Notes: generated by a model not told the origin, from the sequence alone. A DNA stretch of 64,000 bases from a bacterium (GCA_965205865.1 CBDBHR010000030.1:1280001-1344000), one strand, 5' to 3'. Positions 32,923-43,486 are shown, numbered from the stretch's first letter. Program-made: numbers and translations.

Positions 32923-34767
32923 GATCCTAGCCGAAAAGGTATTTTAAGGTATTTTTTAGAATTATATCTTTAAACTTGAGGTTAAAAAGTGCCATAATTC
33001 ATTGAAATAACTGTGAATAACTTCAATATTAAGAATTATGGCACCCAAAATGAAACCATTCATTCGAGCAGAAAAACATCTTATTTTAAGCGCTCCTGAT
33101 ACAGAATTTGAAAATTTCTTATCAGAACTTGATCAATTGTCTGAGCGAGAGCCGGAGATATTGGACAAAATTGAACAGGATTTGGAGAAATACGCAAGAA
33201 ATAAAAAGAAAGAGCGTTTAGAGGATAAACGATGGCAGGAAGCCCGGAATCCATGGCTTCCTCATCTTCCCGTAGAAGATGAGGAATTGAAGCCGGAAGA
33301 ACTGAGGCTGGAAATAGGGTGTCCTCGGATGTCGGCTTTTTTAGTCTACCTTTTTATGATGATTCGGGGATATTTAGGAAGTATCAAATCCCAAACGGCC
33401 CAAATATTTCTTTCAGAGTCAATCACACTGCATCTGCTTCTGCTCAACCGTGGATTGAAAATGCCGGGAGCGAGTACAATCCTTGATAATGTCAATGCTG
33501 TCAGCAACGAGAGCAGACAGTTTATTTTCGATGCTCAAATTCGAATGGTTCTCGATGAAGAGTTGGACGATTTTGATATTTTAAAACTGGATAGCACCTC
33601 TGTAAAAGGAAATACAGCTTGGCCTACTGATTCGTCGATATTGACTCGTCTCGTGGAGCGAAGCTACCATCGAGGGCGTTCCCTTGATACATTTGGAATC
33701 GCTGAGATCAGTGAAAGAAATTTTGATTTCCTCATCAAGGAGATGAATAAGCTCTCTAAGATGATGGCTTTTGAGACAGGTAAAAAGGACAGTAAAACGA
33801 AGCGAAAAAAACATTACAAAACCCTATTGAAGAAAGCTCAAAGCGCTCATGGGAAATTTTTAAAAGAAATGGCAAAGGTGGATATCCGTGCCCAAAAAGC
33901 TCTTCTCCCCCCTTCTCGGAAAACGCGTTTGATTCGCCTCATTGAAATGATGAATGAAGATATTTCTAATTTGCAACGGGTAATCATCTACTGTCATCAA
34001 AGAGTTTTTGAAGAAAAGAAGGTTCCTTCCACTGAGAAAGTATTGAGTCTTTCCGATCAGAGCTCGGCTTATATTCAAAAGGGAGATCGAGAAGCGCTTA
34101 TCGGATATAAGCCTCAATTAGGAAGGAGCGGAAATGGTTTTATTTCCGTGTTAATTACTCCGGAGGGCAATGCTGCTGATTCAGGGCAACTCGACCCTGC
34201 CCTTGTTGAACATTTGCGATGCACCATCACCATTCCCTCTGAAGTGAGCCTTGATGATGGATATGCCAATCAGGCGATCAGAGAAAAGTGGATGGGCAAA
34301 GGCGTTAAGGTTTTTAGTATTAGTGGGGCAAAGGGAAAAAAGATGACCCCGATTGAAGAATGGGAAAGTGAAATCTATTTGGAATCACGAAATGGAAGAT
34401 CTGCTGCAGAGTCGTTGATGTTTCATCTTAAGCATCGTTTCCATTTCGGACAAGTTATGCGCAGAGGGATTGAAAACGTTCGGGCAGAGTTGCTGGAAAA
34501 AGCATTAACCTATAATTTTTGCAAAATGATTGAGTTGAAAAAAAGACAACTCAAACAAGCGGCCTGAATATTCAATGGGGGAGTGTGAAATGTGAGCAGG
34601 GGCGAGGAAAGTATGTCCAAAAAAGATTTTTCCCCTATAAAAACTGTGCTGTGGGCGAATAAAAAACAAAAATAAATCGTTTTCTCGTCATATTGAATCA
34701 AATAGAGAATCCAATAGAATCAAATTGGTTACATTTACTATTTTCGAAACCCTTTTCGGCTAGGGTC
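32923..34767 (+). mobile_element. IS5/ISNCY-type element
   Basis: 17-bp TIR ga(t/c)cctagccgaaaagg flanked by TA. Confidence 0.88.
33038..34567 (+). CDS. DDE transposase, apparently intact
   Basis: LDSTSVKGNTAWPTDS, LDDGY, RSAAESLMFHLK. Confidence 0.88.
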   Translation: MAPKMKPFIRAEKHLILSAPDTEFENFLSELDQLSEREPEILDKIEQDLEKYARNKKKERLEDKRWQEARNPWLPHLPVEDEELKPEELRLEIGCPRMSAFLVYLFMMIRGYLGSIKSQTAQIFLSESITLHLLLLNRGLKMPGASTILDNVNAVSNESRQFIFDAQIRMVLDEELDDFDILKLDSTSVKGNTAWPTDSSILTRLVERSYHRGRSLDTFGIAEISERNFDFLIKEMNKLSKMMAFETGKKDSKTKRKKHYKTLLKKAQSAHGKFLKEMAKVDIRAQKALLPPSRKTRLIRLIEMMNEDISNLQRVIIYCHQRVFEEKKVPSTEKVLSLSDQSSAYIQKGDREALIGYKPQLGRSGNGFISVLITPEGNAADSGQLDPALVEHLRCTITIPSEVSLDDGYANQAIREKWMGKGVKVFSISGAKGKKMTPIEEWESEIYLESRNGRSAAESLMFHLKHRFHFGQVMRRGIENVRAELLEKALTYNFCKMIELKKRQLKQAA

Positions 34768-34931
34768 TAACTAGTCTCTGTCGCGAAATAGGCAATCTCA
34801 TGAATAATTCTTGAAGAAAGGAACCTTGTCCATGGAATCTGTCCTATTCTTAATTCTTTAAAAAAAGCCAAGTGCGTGCTATATTATGTCATATGGCCAG
34901 GATTCAGTATCATTCAAACGCAAGAGGATGA

Positions 34932-35381
34932 ATGGATAAGTACCATTTTTCAACAAAAGAGACAGAGGTCTTTTCCTATATACCCGGCAGGGTGATCGGA
35001 ATGGAAACAGACGAACGTGAAATTATCATACAGCGCTTGAAAGAGGGATTATCCTCCCAGAGCATTGATGATCTTCAAAAAGCATTTGGCATCACCATTC
35101 AAGAACTATCAGCTCTGATTAACATCCCTTCCAGAACAATCGGTCGTCGCAAAGAACAAGGCCGCTTGGCAAGCGATGAATCAGAGAGAGTTTATAGAAT
35201 CGCTAAACTGTATGATTTCGCTCTTTCCTTTATGAGGGATGAGGAGAGTGTGAAAAGTTGGTTCAAATCACCGGCTTTTGCCTTTGGTGGAAAAACACCA
35301 CTGGAATACTGTGATACCGAAATAGGATCGCACGCAGTCGAAGATTTACTGGGGCAAATCGCCCATGGAGTGTTTCCATGA
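34932..35381 (+). CDS. Xre/MbcA/ParS-family antitoxin
   Basis: HTH, GRL..DESER..R, W...P..AFGGKTPL...TEIG...VEDLL.QI.HGVF. Confidence 0.9.
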   Translation: MDKYHFSTKETEVFSYIPGRVIGMETDEREIIIQRLKEGLSSQSIDDLQKAFGITIQELSALINIPSRTIGRRKEQGRLASDESERVYRIAKLYDFALSFMRDEESVKSWFKSPAFAFGGKTPLEYCDTEIGSHAVEDLLGQIAHGVFP

Positions 35382-35836
35382 TTCATGTGTGGCGGTTGGT
35401 GTCAAAAAGATATCATCATGCCGCGTTTTCTGGAAAAGGCGCTAAAACCTATGGAGGAAGATGGAACTCAAAAGGAAATGCGGTTGTCTATGGTGCCCAA
35501 TCTATTGCTTTAGGAGCGATGGAACTCTTGGTGCATCTTCGAAACAATGAAGAGTTGTTGAGGGAGTTTATGACAGTCTCAATCGAATTATTTGAGAGAG
35601 ACATTTTAGCCATTGGGATTGACGACTTACCGGGGGATTGGCAAAAAATTAAAAAATTGACCCAACAAATTGGAGATCAGTGGTTACAGGAAATGGCGTC
35701 TTTATCGCTTCAGGTGCCCAGTGTTATTGTGCCAAAGGAAAATAATTATCTCATTAACCCTCAGCATCCTCAGTTTTCTGAATTAAAAATTGGGGATTTT
35801 GAGGATTTTAATTTTGACCCACGACTTTTCCAATAA
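35378..35836 (+). CDS. RES-domain toxin (NAD+-targeting)
   Basis: GGRWNSKG, E.LVH, VPSVIVP.E.NYLINP.HP, FDPRL; ATGA overlap. Confidence 0.92.
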   Translation: MIHVWRLVSKRYHHAAFSGKGAKTYGGRWNSKGNAVVYGAQSIALGAMELLVHLRNNEELLREFMTVSIELFERDILAIGIDDLPGDWQKIKKLTQQIGDQWLQEMASLSLQVPSVIVPKENNYLINPQHPQFSELKIGDFEDFNFDPRLFQ

Positions 35837-36278
35837 GGAAAATAAGGATAAAAAGAAGAAACATCTTTTTTCCCCCCTTTCAAAGCACCATGCTGCCTCC
35901 GGTGAACGTGTCAGGGTTTGGTGGGGACCGGGCCAAAATGGCCGAACTCTTCATACAAATCCTCGATCCGCTGCCATTGCTCCACAATTTCGTGGCCTTT
36001 CTGCAAAGCAACCGCTGAGCATAAAAAGTTGATCAAGCTGACCATCGCCGTCGCGGTATCGTTAAAGATAAGTCCCCCGGCAATGACAGCGCAGCACAAG
36101 ATCGGCATACTTCAGACTTTCCGTTGCGGTCAGGTCCGCGATCAGAATGACTTTCAAGCCCCGCTCTTTCGCATATTTCATCACCAATTTGAACTGTTTG
36201 GTACGCCGCCGGGAGCCGATCGCTACAAGCAAATCCCCGCGGCGCATAGGGAGTATATTCCCGGGAATGTCCCCTCTT

Positions 36279-38015
36279 CAGGCTGTTGCAGATTTTATTT
36301 GCTTTTTCCAGGTGGATTTTGCTACACTTTTCATAGTCTAGTATCTGGTTTGAGTCCACTTTTCATATAACCATAGTAAAAATGGATTTCTATTATGGGT
36401 TTTCTGAGTAATGATCGTTCCACCCTCCAATTATCCACCACCGATTTGAACCACTTGATCCCGGATAACGATAAATGCCGTTTTGTGGTAGATTTCGTTT
36501 CCCGCTTGGATTTATCCTCGCTTTATGGCTCCTACAAATCGCAAGGGGGGGATGCCTATGATCCGGCGATTCTGTTAGCGACCTGGTTTTATGCCTACAG
36601 TGAAGGCATTGAGAGTAGTCGTGTTTTGGAGAAACTTTGTAAACGCGATCTTTGTTATATCTATGTTTCAGCGCATCTGACCCCCGACCACTGTGCCTTG
36701 AGCCGGTTCCGTCGTCGTCATTTGCAACGCCTGCCCTTCTATTTTGAGCAATTGATTCAAATGGCCATTGATCAGCAGGTCTCCGGTTTCGCTGAAATAA
36801 ACCTTGACGGTTCGAAGCTGAAAACCTCTGCCAGTAAGAAACGCTCGAAAAATGCAGAACAATTAGAACGTCTTTTAGAAAAAACGCGTCAATCGATCGC
36901 CTCCCCTCTAAATTGCGAGTCTGAAGATCATCAAGGCGATGAAGAAGACTTAGCCGCCCTTCGTGGCGAAAAAGCCCGTCTTGAGCAATTCGAAGCAACG
37001 ATTCTCCAATCTCAGCAAGATCTTCAAGCGCGTCAGCAAACCCTCAAACCCGAACATCGGGATGGCCATAAGATCAATCTGACCGATGCCGACGCACGCA
37101 TGATGCCCTCGATTAACACACCCGGTTATAATGTGCAGGCAGCCGTCGATCGTGCCACTCATCTGATTGTGGCCGCTGAGGTGGTCTGCGAAGCCAACGA
37201 TACCCAACAATTTGCGCCGATGCATCAACAGGCAGAAACCCACCTTCCCGAAGATCGGCAACGTCGTTATAATATGGATGCCGGTTATCATAGTTTTGAG
37301 CAACTCAACTATATCGAGCAGCATCAGATTGATGCCGTCATTGCCGACCCGCAACCGCAAAATAGAGCCAACCCTCTCCAGCCGACCCCCCTGGAAGAAT
37401 TACTGCAAAACGATCGAAAGCTCGAACGTTCTGATTTTTTCTTCGATGCAAAAAATGATGTCTATCAGTGTCCCAATGGGCAACAGCTCTCCTTTCAGCG
37501 TAACTTCAAGCGGGGCCAGGCCCAAGGGAGCTCCTATCAGGCCCCATCCTGTGAAGATTGTCCCCTCGCTCAGCGGTGTCTGCCCCCGAAGAATCGCTCG
37601 CGACTCAAACAGATCCATCGCCAAGAGCGCGAGCCCTACGCCGAAGCCATGCGCAATAAATTGCAAACCCCAGAAGCCAAACAACGACTCAAAACGCGCA
37701 TGAGTACCGTCGAACCGGTCTTCGGCAACTTGAAGGCCAATCTCGGTTTTACCTCATTTCGATTTCGAGGGCAGAGACAAGTCAAAGGCGAATTTATGCT
37801 CATGGCCATTGCTCACAACCTCAATATTCTCTATCGCCTCCTTGAGGTGATTCGATTGATTCGCTTTCTCTACGCTTCATACGCAAAGGTTTATATGATT
37901 CTAACAATTTTAAAGATCAAAAACCATTTCATCATTATGATGAGAATTGGGATCATACCCCGTTCTCACTGATTGTATGACCCGTTATGCAGGCAAAAAA
38001 ATCTGCAACAGCCTG
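36279..38015 (+). mobile_element. IS1182-family element
   Basis: Perfect TIR caggctgttgcagatttt, 4-bp TSD TCTT. Confidence 0.95.
36395..37972 (+). CDS. IS1182-family transposase
   Basis: YDP..LL...YAYS.GI.SSR, LDGSK, TDADAR.M, DAGY, VEPVFG.LK.NLGF. Confidence 0.93.
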   Translation: MGFLSNDRSTLQLSTTDLNHLIPDNDKCRFVVDFVSRLDLSSLYGSYKSQGGDAYDPAILLATWFYAYSEGIESSRVLEKLCKRDLCYIYVSAHLTPDHCALSRFRRRHLQRLPFYFEQLIQMAIDQQVSGFAEINLDGSKLKTSASKKRSKNAEQLERLLEKTRQSIASPLNCESEDHQGDEEDLAALRGEKARLEQFEATILQSQQDLQARQQTLKPEHRDGHKINLTDADARMMPSINTPGYNVQAAVDRATHLIVAAEVVCEANDTQQFAPMHQQAETHLPEDRQRRYNMDAGYHSFEQLNYIEQHQIDAVIADPQPQNRANPLQPTPLEELLQNDRKLERSDFFFDAKNDVYQCPNGQQLSFQRNFKRGQAQGSSYQAPSCEDCPLAQRCLPPKNRSRLKQIHRQEREPYAEAMRNKLQTPEAKQRLKTRMSTVEPVFGNLKANLGFTSFRFRGQRQVKGEFMLMAIAHNLNILYRLLEVIRLIRFLYASYAKVYMILTILKIKNHFIIMMRIGIIPRSH

Positions 38016-38496
38016 TCTTGCGGGAATCAGGCGGACATCCTCCGAATAGACGGAAAAGTCCCCCTGTGCCAGGAGGGCCAGCGGATATTGTCCCCGCATA
38101 CCCAAGACCCAGATCCGGGGTGCCTCGCTCAGGCATTGAATCGTTTCATTGATCAATTCCGGGCCGATTTCCTCGGCGGTTCGAGAAAGATTGGAAACTT
38201 CCAACTGGATATGGTTGACGAGATTCGGATCGATTTTATCGGCGAGTTCGTAGGCGGACAAGACATTCAGCGGAGACGATTCCCAGGCATTAGGAAGCCC
38301 ATTTTCATAGCGCGCGTCGCGATAGCTGGGATAACTGTTGTTGGCAGTGATAAAGTTTACCAAAAACGGCGATACAGAAGTATACCACGTAGGTAAGTGG
38401 GCAGAGGTGTAGGTTGGGTATTGAGCGACAAGGAGTAGGGATGTGATGTGGCCTCATACCTTTTAAACAGCGGATGGAAAGGGCTATATGCCTTTT

Positions 38497-39235
38497 TCAT
38501 GTTTTTCTTTTTTTTCTGCGATAGCTTTCTCCTTCTAAAATTATAACCTCCGATTTCATTACCAGTCGATCTGCAATGGCGGTGGCCACCGTGGTCGAAT
38601 CAAAGAGATTTCCCCATTGGGCAAAAGGCAGGTTTGTCGTCAGAAGGGTCGATTTTCTCTGATGCCTGCGACTAATGACCTGGAAAAAGAGGCTGCTTCC
38701 TTGTTGATCCAGTGGCAGATAACCGATCTCATCGCAGAGGAGGAGGTCCGGTTCGGTGTAATGGCTGAGTTTTTTGACCAGGGAATGGTCCGATTCGGCA
38801 GCAATCAAATGGTTAATCATGTCGGTTGCTGTGGTAAATAAAGTGCGAATGGCGTTCTGAGTGGCCTCGTATGCCAGACATAGAGCCAAGTGGGTCTTGC
38901 CCACCCCTGGATTGCCAATCAACAATAACATCCTCGCTATTCTTGATAAAGTCCAATTGCATCAATTGTAAAATTCTACCTTTGTTCTTTTTTCGAGAGG
39001 GGTGGTGGTCAAAATCAAAGCTGTCGATGGTCGGAGTGGCGGGCAGTTTGGCTTGCTTCAAGCGCAATTGAATGCGCTTATGGAGACGATGGTCCAGTTC
39101 GAGATCAAACAAGCTTTCCAGCAATTGATGATGAGTCCAGTTTTTTTCTGAGGCGGTTTTACAAATCGCTTCAAAATGATGGCAAAGGCCACTGAGATAG
39201 AGGCTCTGACATTGTTTTTTTAATTTTTCACTCAT
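38497..39235 (-). pseudogene. istB: IstB AAA+ helper ATPase (frameshift ~38930)
   Basis: FDFD, GNPGVGKTHLA, LLCDEIGYLP, TTNLPF..W, AIADRL, GESYR. Confidence 0.9.
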
Positions 39236-39624
39236 CTTCCCTCCTTCTTCCTCTGCAGGACGAGGGCATCATATTCGGCCAGAGCATGCGGGGTGAGGCG
39301 GATATGATTCAAGGCTTCTTGTTTCAAAACCACCGGCGGTTGATGAGAAAGAGGCCGGCTTTGCTGGAAGAGGATATTTTTGACATAGTCGATGCCAAAA
39401 GCCTTGTAATGGAGGGCTTTTTCAAGGGCAATGAGCAAAGCGTCTAAACCGTATTGCTCTAAAAGTTTGAGCAGTTGTTGAATTTTTTTTCGCACTATTT
39501 GAGGATGGCAGAGATGACGCTTCACCGTCGCACGGGAAAGGTTCAACCGAAAGGCAATTTTTCGCTGAGAAAGGCCTTCTGCATGCAGGCGATGGATTTC
39601 AAAGAGAGTATGCTGATCAATCAT
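39232..39624 (-). pseudogene. istA: IstA transposase with catalytic core deleted
   Basis: N-terminal HTH (GLSQRKIA..LNLSRATVKRHL) fused to the C-terminal tail (L.LL..YG...L..AL..AL...LAEYD). Confidence 0.8.
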
Positions 39625-39970
39625 AGGGACCTCTACAGTCAGAGGGTGAGGGGGATCTTCTTAGTGGAGACGGGGGCAAGTGAAGGACCTGCACTAAGGT
39701 CTCTTTTGTGGCGATTAGATCCATTTGCAATAAACCACTCAAGGCCTGTTGATAGACATCACTCTTCATTTTCAGCAATTGAGTGATGGTCTTGGGACTG
39801 TAATAGGAAAGTCCTTGAGCATCCGCGGCCATCACATAAAAAAAATATAAGATCAATTCGTCGGATCGCAGGCATTCAAAAAAGCCCTCCCTCAAAAATC
39901 GGTGAGGAATAAAGCTAAAACTTCCCTCGATCACCCGTCGTCTGTTTTTCATAATCAACTGCTTTCTCAT
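39617..39970 (-). CDS. Winged-HTH-like accessory protein of the IS21-like element
   Basis: AAGGAG RBS; FSFIPHRFL..GF, LYFF....AD.QGLSYYS...I..LL; overlaps istA start. Confidence 0.7.
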   Translation of the reverse strand: MRKQLIMKNRRRVIEGSFSFIPHRFLREGFFECLRSDELILYFFYVMAADAQGLSYYSPKTITQLLKMKSDVYQQALSGLLQMDLIATKETLVQVLHLPPSPLRRSPSPSDCRGPYD

Positions 39971-40099
39971 CACGGCTCCTTCTTTTGGATGGATGGTTAA
40001 CAAGGTTTTCCTCTTTTTTAACTCACCTGAAGGGGGTCGCAATAAAGTCCTTCTTTGCAATCACAGCTAAGTTATTGATATATCAAGGTTATTTTAGGT

Positions 40100-40624
40100 T
40101 TACGCGTCCATCTTTGCAATCAAGGGTAGCTGAACAAAAGCCTTAAAAATCTGGGCAGAGGAGGGATTTGACGCGTCCATCTTTACAATCAAATCCTCAT
40201 CGGAGGAGGCGATGAGGCAGAATTGATAAGGGATGGACGCGTCCGTCTTTGCAATCGGCACAGATGAGAGCGAGAAGGACTTTAAGCTGAGCGGAGGGAT
40301 GGCAGGCATGGTTTTCATCGAGAGTTGTTCCACAAAATTCCCCCGCTGTTTGGCATTGCGGATCAACTGAAGTTCTCGATTGCGCTCAGCCTGAGCTGGA
40401 TGTTTTTTTCGATAGACTTTCCAATAATCGCGGTGGCTTTCTTGCCAAGCCTTCTGACTGGCTTTTCGGTTCTTTTGATAGTCTGGATCGCTGGCTAACT
40501 TTTGACGCTCCCAATTCGTCTTGCGCGCACGCTGACATGTCTTCTGGCTGCAGTAAGCTTGCTCCTTGTTTTGAGGGCGGCGGCGAAAAACTTGGTGGCA
40601 GTTGAGACATCTACCCGTTGGCAT
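40100..40624 (-). CDS. Cys-rich (Zn-finger-like) basic accessory protein with repeated IAKMDA motif
   Basis: CLNC...YCSQKTC, DPDY..N, YWK.YRK.HP; AGGAG RBS. Confidence 0.7.
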   Translation of the reverse strand: MPTGRCLNCHQVFRRRPQNKEQAYCSQKTCQRARKTNWERQKLASDPDYQKNRKASQKAWQESHRDYWKVYRKKHPAQAERNRELQLIRNAKQRGNFVEQLSMKTMPAIPPLSLKSFSLSSVPIAKTDASIPYQFCLIASSDEDLIVKMDASNPSSAQIFKAFVQLPLIAKMDA

Positions 40625-41174
40625 AGGATCTCCTGTGGAGGAATTGAGGGGGTTCCTGGAAGAAAAACTTGTCTTACAGGAACTTCACTCAAAGCATCAA
40701 TGAAATCACTGCCTCCCACTCAAATGAAGAAGAAATATGACCAGGTAGAACAACTTTTCACGCCATTGCTTGCTCCATGTTGATTCAGCCCTCAGGGTAA
40801 GGAAGAACAAGCAAGAGAAAGAAAATGGAGAGGAAAACAAAAATTATTGTTTGGAAAATAAATGGATAGCAAAAAACGAGGCAAAGTAAAAAGCTGACAT
40901 GTCTTCTGGCTGCAGTAACCTTGCTCCTTGTTTTGAGGGCGGCGGAGGAAAAACTTGTCCTCATGAAAATGGGGATTGGTGGCAGTTGATGCATCTACCT
41001 GTTTGCATAGGATCTCCTGTTGATGCTTTGAGGGGGCTTTCTTCAAGAAAAACTTGTCTTACAGGAACTTCACTCAAAGCATCAATGAAATCACTGCCTC
41101 TCACTCAAATGAAGAAGAAATATGACCAGGTAGAACAACTTTTCACGCCATTGCTTGCTCCATGTTTATTCAGC
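40532..41174. repeat. Direct duplication (~260-280 bp) of the element end, promoter and 5' of the Zn-finger gene
   Basis: 40532-40788 vs 40893-41174. Confidence 0.85.
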
Positions 41175-41191
41175 TATCGAGGTCTCTCTAG

Positions 41192-41482
41192 ATGAGCTAT
41201 AAATTAAAGTTTTTAGCTACCGCATTGAAGGAATGGAACAATCTAGATGCTTCTCTCCGATCTCAATTAAAGAAAAAGTTGGCTGAGCGTTTGGAAAACC
41301 CTCATGTACTTGCCAGCAAGCTCACGGGCTTTGACAATCATTACAAAATCAAACTCCGTACAAGTGGTTATCGATTGGTATATGAAGTCATTGATGATGA
41401 TTTAGTCGTATTGGTGATTGTCATTGGAAAACGTGAGGGAAGTAGGGTTTATGAAATTGCAAAAGATCGATCAAAAACATAA
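41192..41482 (+). CDS. relE: RelE/StbE-family toxin (antitoxin reduced to a remnant at 41173-41202)
   Basis: ALKEW..LD, YKIKLR.SGYRLVY.V.D, IGKRE; overlapping upstream AIEVSLDEL*. Confidence 0.9.
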   Translation: MSYKLKFLATALKEWNNLDASLRSQLKKKLAERLENPHVLASKLTGFDNHYKIKLRTSGYRLVYEVIDDDLVVLVIVIGKREGSRVYEIAKDRSKT

Positions 41483-41590
41483 CAAGAGGATGGAGATCGA
41501 CTCGTGACCCTGCTTTTTTTCCAGAAGATCGTGAAAAATTTCCAATCCATCTTTTTCCAAAAATCCAGGGACAGTTACCAATTAATTGAA

Positions 41591-42352
41591 AAAAAAGGGG
41601 ACAGATTTATTTTAATTTAATATGTCAGCCAGAGGAAATCTTTTGAAGGAATGCGATACCCCGTCAAGCTAGAATCATAGTGCCCAGTTATCCTCATCAT
41701 GTTCTGCAAAGGGGCCATAATTAACAGGTGGTCTTTGCCGAGAAAGAGGATTATGCGCATTATCCGAACAATCTATGGGAGGCCAAGCGACTCTTTGGTA
41801 TTCAAGCTTATGCTTATTGTTCAATGACCAACAATGTCCACTTCCTCCTGAATCCTGGAGAACAGAGTGAGCAGTTGGGACAGTTTATGACATTTATAGC
41901 AGGACGCCAAACACGCTATGTCAATCAATTAGTGGGACGAACCGTGAGCAGTTGGGACAGTTTATGACATTTATAGCAGGACGCCAAACACGCTATGTCA
42001 ATCAATTAGTGGGACGAACCGGAACCTTGTGGGAGGAACGTTTTAAATCGAGCCTGATTGAAAGTGAAAGGTATTTACTGACCTGCTGCCGCTACATTGA
42101 AATCAACCCTGTTCGGGCGAAAATGGTTCTTCTTGCTGAAGACTATGAATGGTCCGGTTTTCAGGAGAAAATCGGGTAATGGAAAAAAAGCTCGTTGATC
42201 CGGATCCGTTTTACCAAAGTTTAGGAAAAACATTACCAACCCTGCAACAGGGACCGAGCGGTTTGTCGATCAAGTCGAAAAAAATAGGCGTGAAAGTGGA
42301 ATGCTGGGGTCAAGGGCGTCCAAAAACCCAAAAATAAATCAGTCCTCTTTTT
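41591..42352 (+). mobile_element. RAYT element family B (pseudogenised transposase) with terminal inverted repeats
   Basis: aaaaaggggacagatttatttt / aaaataaatcagtcctcttttt; PRQAR...HHVLQRG, AYCSMTNNVH, LWEERFKS, YIEINPVRA; 77-bp tandem duplication 41867-42020. Confidence 0.85.
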
Positions 42353-42578
42353 TAAAGGTGGCTTCGACCAGCGCCTTCACATCCGCTTCGACAGAAACGT
42401 CGGTACGGATGAAATGGGCATTCTCGCCCAGCCGGGCAGACAGCGCCTGTCCTGCTTCCTCCCCACGGGCAGCAATCATCACCCGGTCATTTTCGGCTAC
42501 AAATAATTCCACCATGCCAGCGCCCATTCCGTTGTTGCCCCCGGTGACGATCGCGACTTTGCCAGCCAGTCTTCCTGT
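42353..42578 (-). pseudogene. SDR oxidoreductase N-terminal fragment truncated at the RAYT end
   Basis: RLAGKVAIVTGGNNGMG...RTDVS.EADV. Confidence 0.8.
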
Positions 42579-42586
42579 GTTGTGTT

Positions 42587-43441
42587 CTACCGGGCCATTA
42601 CCTGTCCGCTGTCGACAGCGATGATCTGAGCGGACATATGTTTCGACTCAGGGAGGCTTATGAACACCACTGTCTGCGCGACGTCTTCGACTGTCGGCAG
42701 TTCACCAAGCGGAACAGGCAGGACAAGCTCAGGAAATTTGCTCTCGGCGATACCAGCGAAAAATTCATCAGGTGTCATGCTTCGATATTCCTCGAACTTT
42801 TCTGTGACACGGCGGAAGTTCCCATGCCAAGCGTCGGTGATTACGATCCCCGGACATATGCAATTGACCGTTACCCCAAAGGGGCCAAGCCTGCGCGCCA
42901 GAGTCTGAGTATAGCTGCTGATTGCCGTCTTCATCGCGGCATACTCCGGAGTTGAGATGACCGAAAGCCCCCGCTCCGAGCCAGTGTAGCGCCCGGCGTT
43001 CGAGCCGATGTTGATGATTCGACCCGCTTTGCGCTCGCGGAAATGTGGTGCCAATGCCTCCGACATGAGCACCGGTGCGCGCAACGTGAGCTGATAGGTC
43101 CCATCCCAGGACGAAACCACATCTGCGAGTGATCCGTGAGTTGGTTCCGTTTTTGCCTTAGCGCCGCCACCCACGTTGTTCACAAGAATATCGACGCCGC
43201 CCATCGTCTCAATTGACCGGTCGACAAGTGCTGTGACGTTCTCCGGGGCGGTGATATCACCAGGCACGGCCAGCACTCGGCGGCCGAGAGCTTTTACCTC
43301 GGCGGCCACTGCTGTTGCCGACGCCTCACTGAACGAGTTGAGAACGATGTCAACCCCCTCGCGTGCCAGGGCCAAGACGATTCCCCTACCGATACCCCGC
43401 CCTGCTGCGGTCACTAGTGCAACTTTCCCTTGAAGTCTCAT
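42587..43441 (-). CDS. Short-chain dehydrogenase/reductase
   Basis: VTAAGRGIG, LVNNVG, YAAMK, VNCICPG. Confidence 0.92.
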   Translation of the reverse strand: MRLQGKVALVTAAGRGIGRGIVLALAREGVDIVLNSFSEASATAVAAEVKALGRRVLAVPGDITAPENVTALVDRSIETMGGVDILVNNVGGGAKAKTEPTHGSLADVVSSWDGTYQLTLRAPVLMSEALAPHFRERKAGRIINIGSNAGRYTGSERGLSVISTPEYAAMKTAISSYTQTLARRLGPFGVTVNCICPGIVITDAWHGNFRRVTEKFEEYRSMTPDEFFAGIAESKFPELVLPVPLGELPTVEDVAQTVVFISLPESKHMSAQIIAVDSGQVMAR

Positions 43442-43486
43442 TGATTTACCTTTCTAGACAATTAGAATATCTGATAGGGTTAATTT

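Larger units (their letters stand above)
35911..38335 (-). pseudogene. MurR/RpiR-family regulator, split by IS1182 and 5'-truncated by the IS21-like end
   Basis: SIS domain APRIWVLGMRG; frame restored across the IS (LIPAR|GDIPG); extra frameshift ~36062. Confidence 0.8.
38336..41172 (-). mobile_element. Degenerate four-gene IS21-like element with duplicated upstream end
   Basis: End TGTTGTTGGCAGTGATAAAGTTTACC at 38336; related GGCAGTGAT / GGCGTGAAAAG motifs before ...TTCA at 40786 and 41172. Confidence 0.7.

Noticed and set aside
40100-40258. Three ~20-bp repeats with unique spacers as a mini CRISPR array
   Set aside because: Repeats are short, in frame within an ORF, with no cas genes or leader; kept as iteron-like repeats instead.
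41478-41510. attC-like TAAC starts after relE, after GT2 (~20648) and after DUF2283 (~29250)
   Set aside because: No matching R' GTTRRRY or paired L boxes could be found and there is no integrase; at most eroded remnants.
41867-42020. 77-bp tandem duplication (and a ~32-bp one at ~25368-25431) as functional repeats
   Set aside because: They lie in decayed mobile DNA and one causes a frameshift; likely slippage or assembly artefacts.
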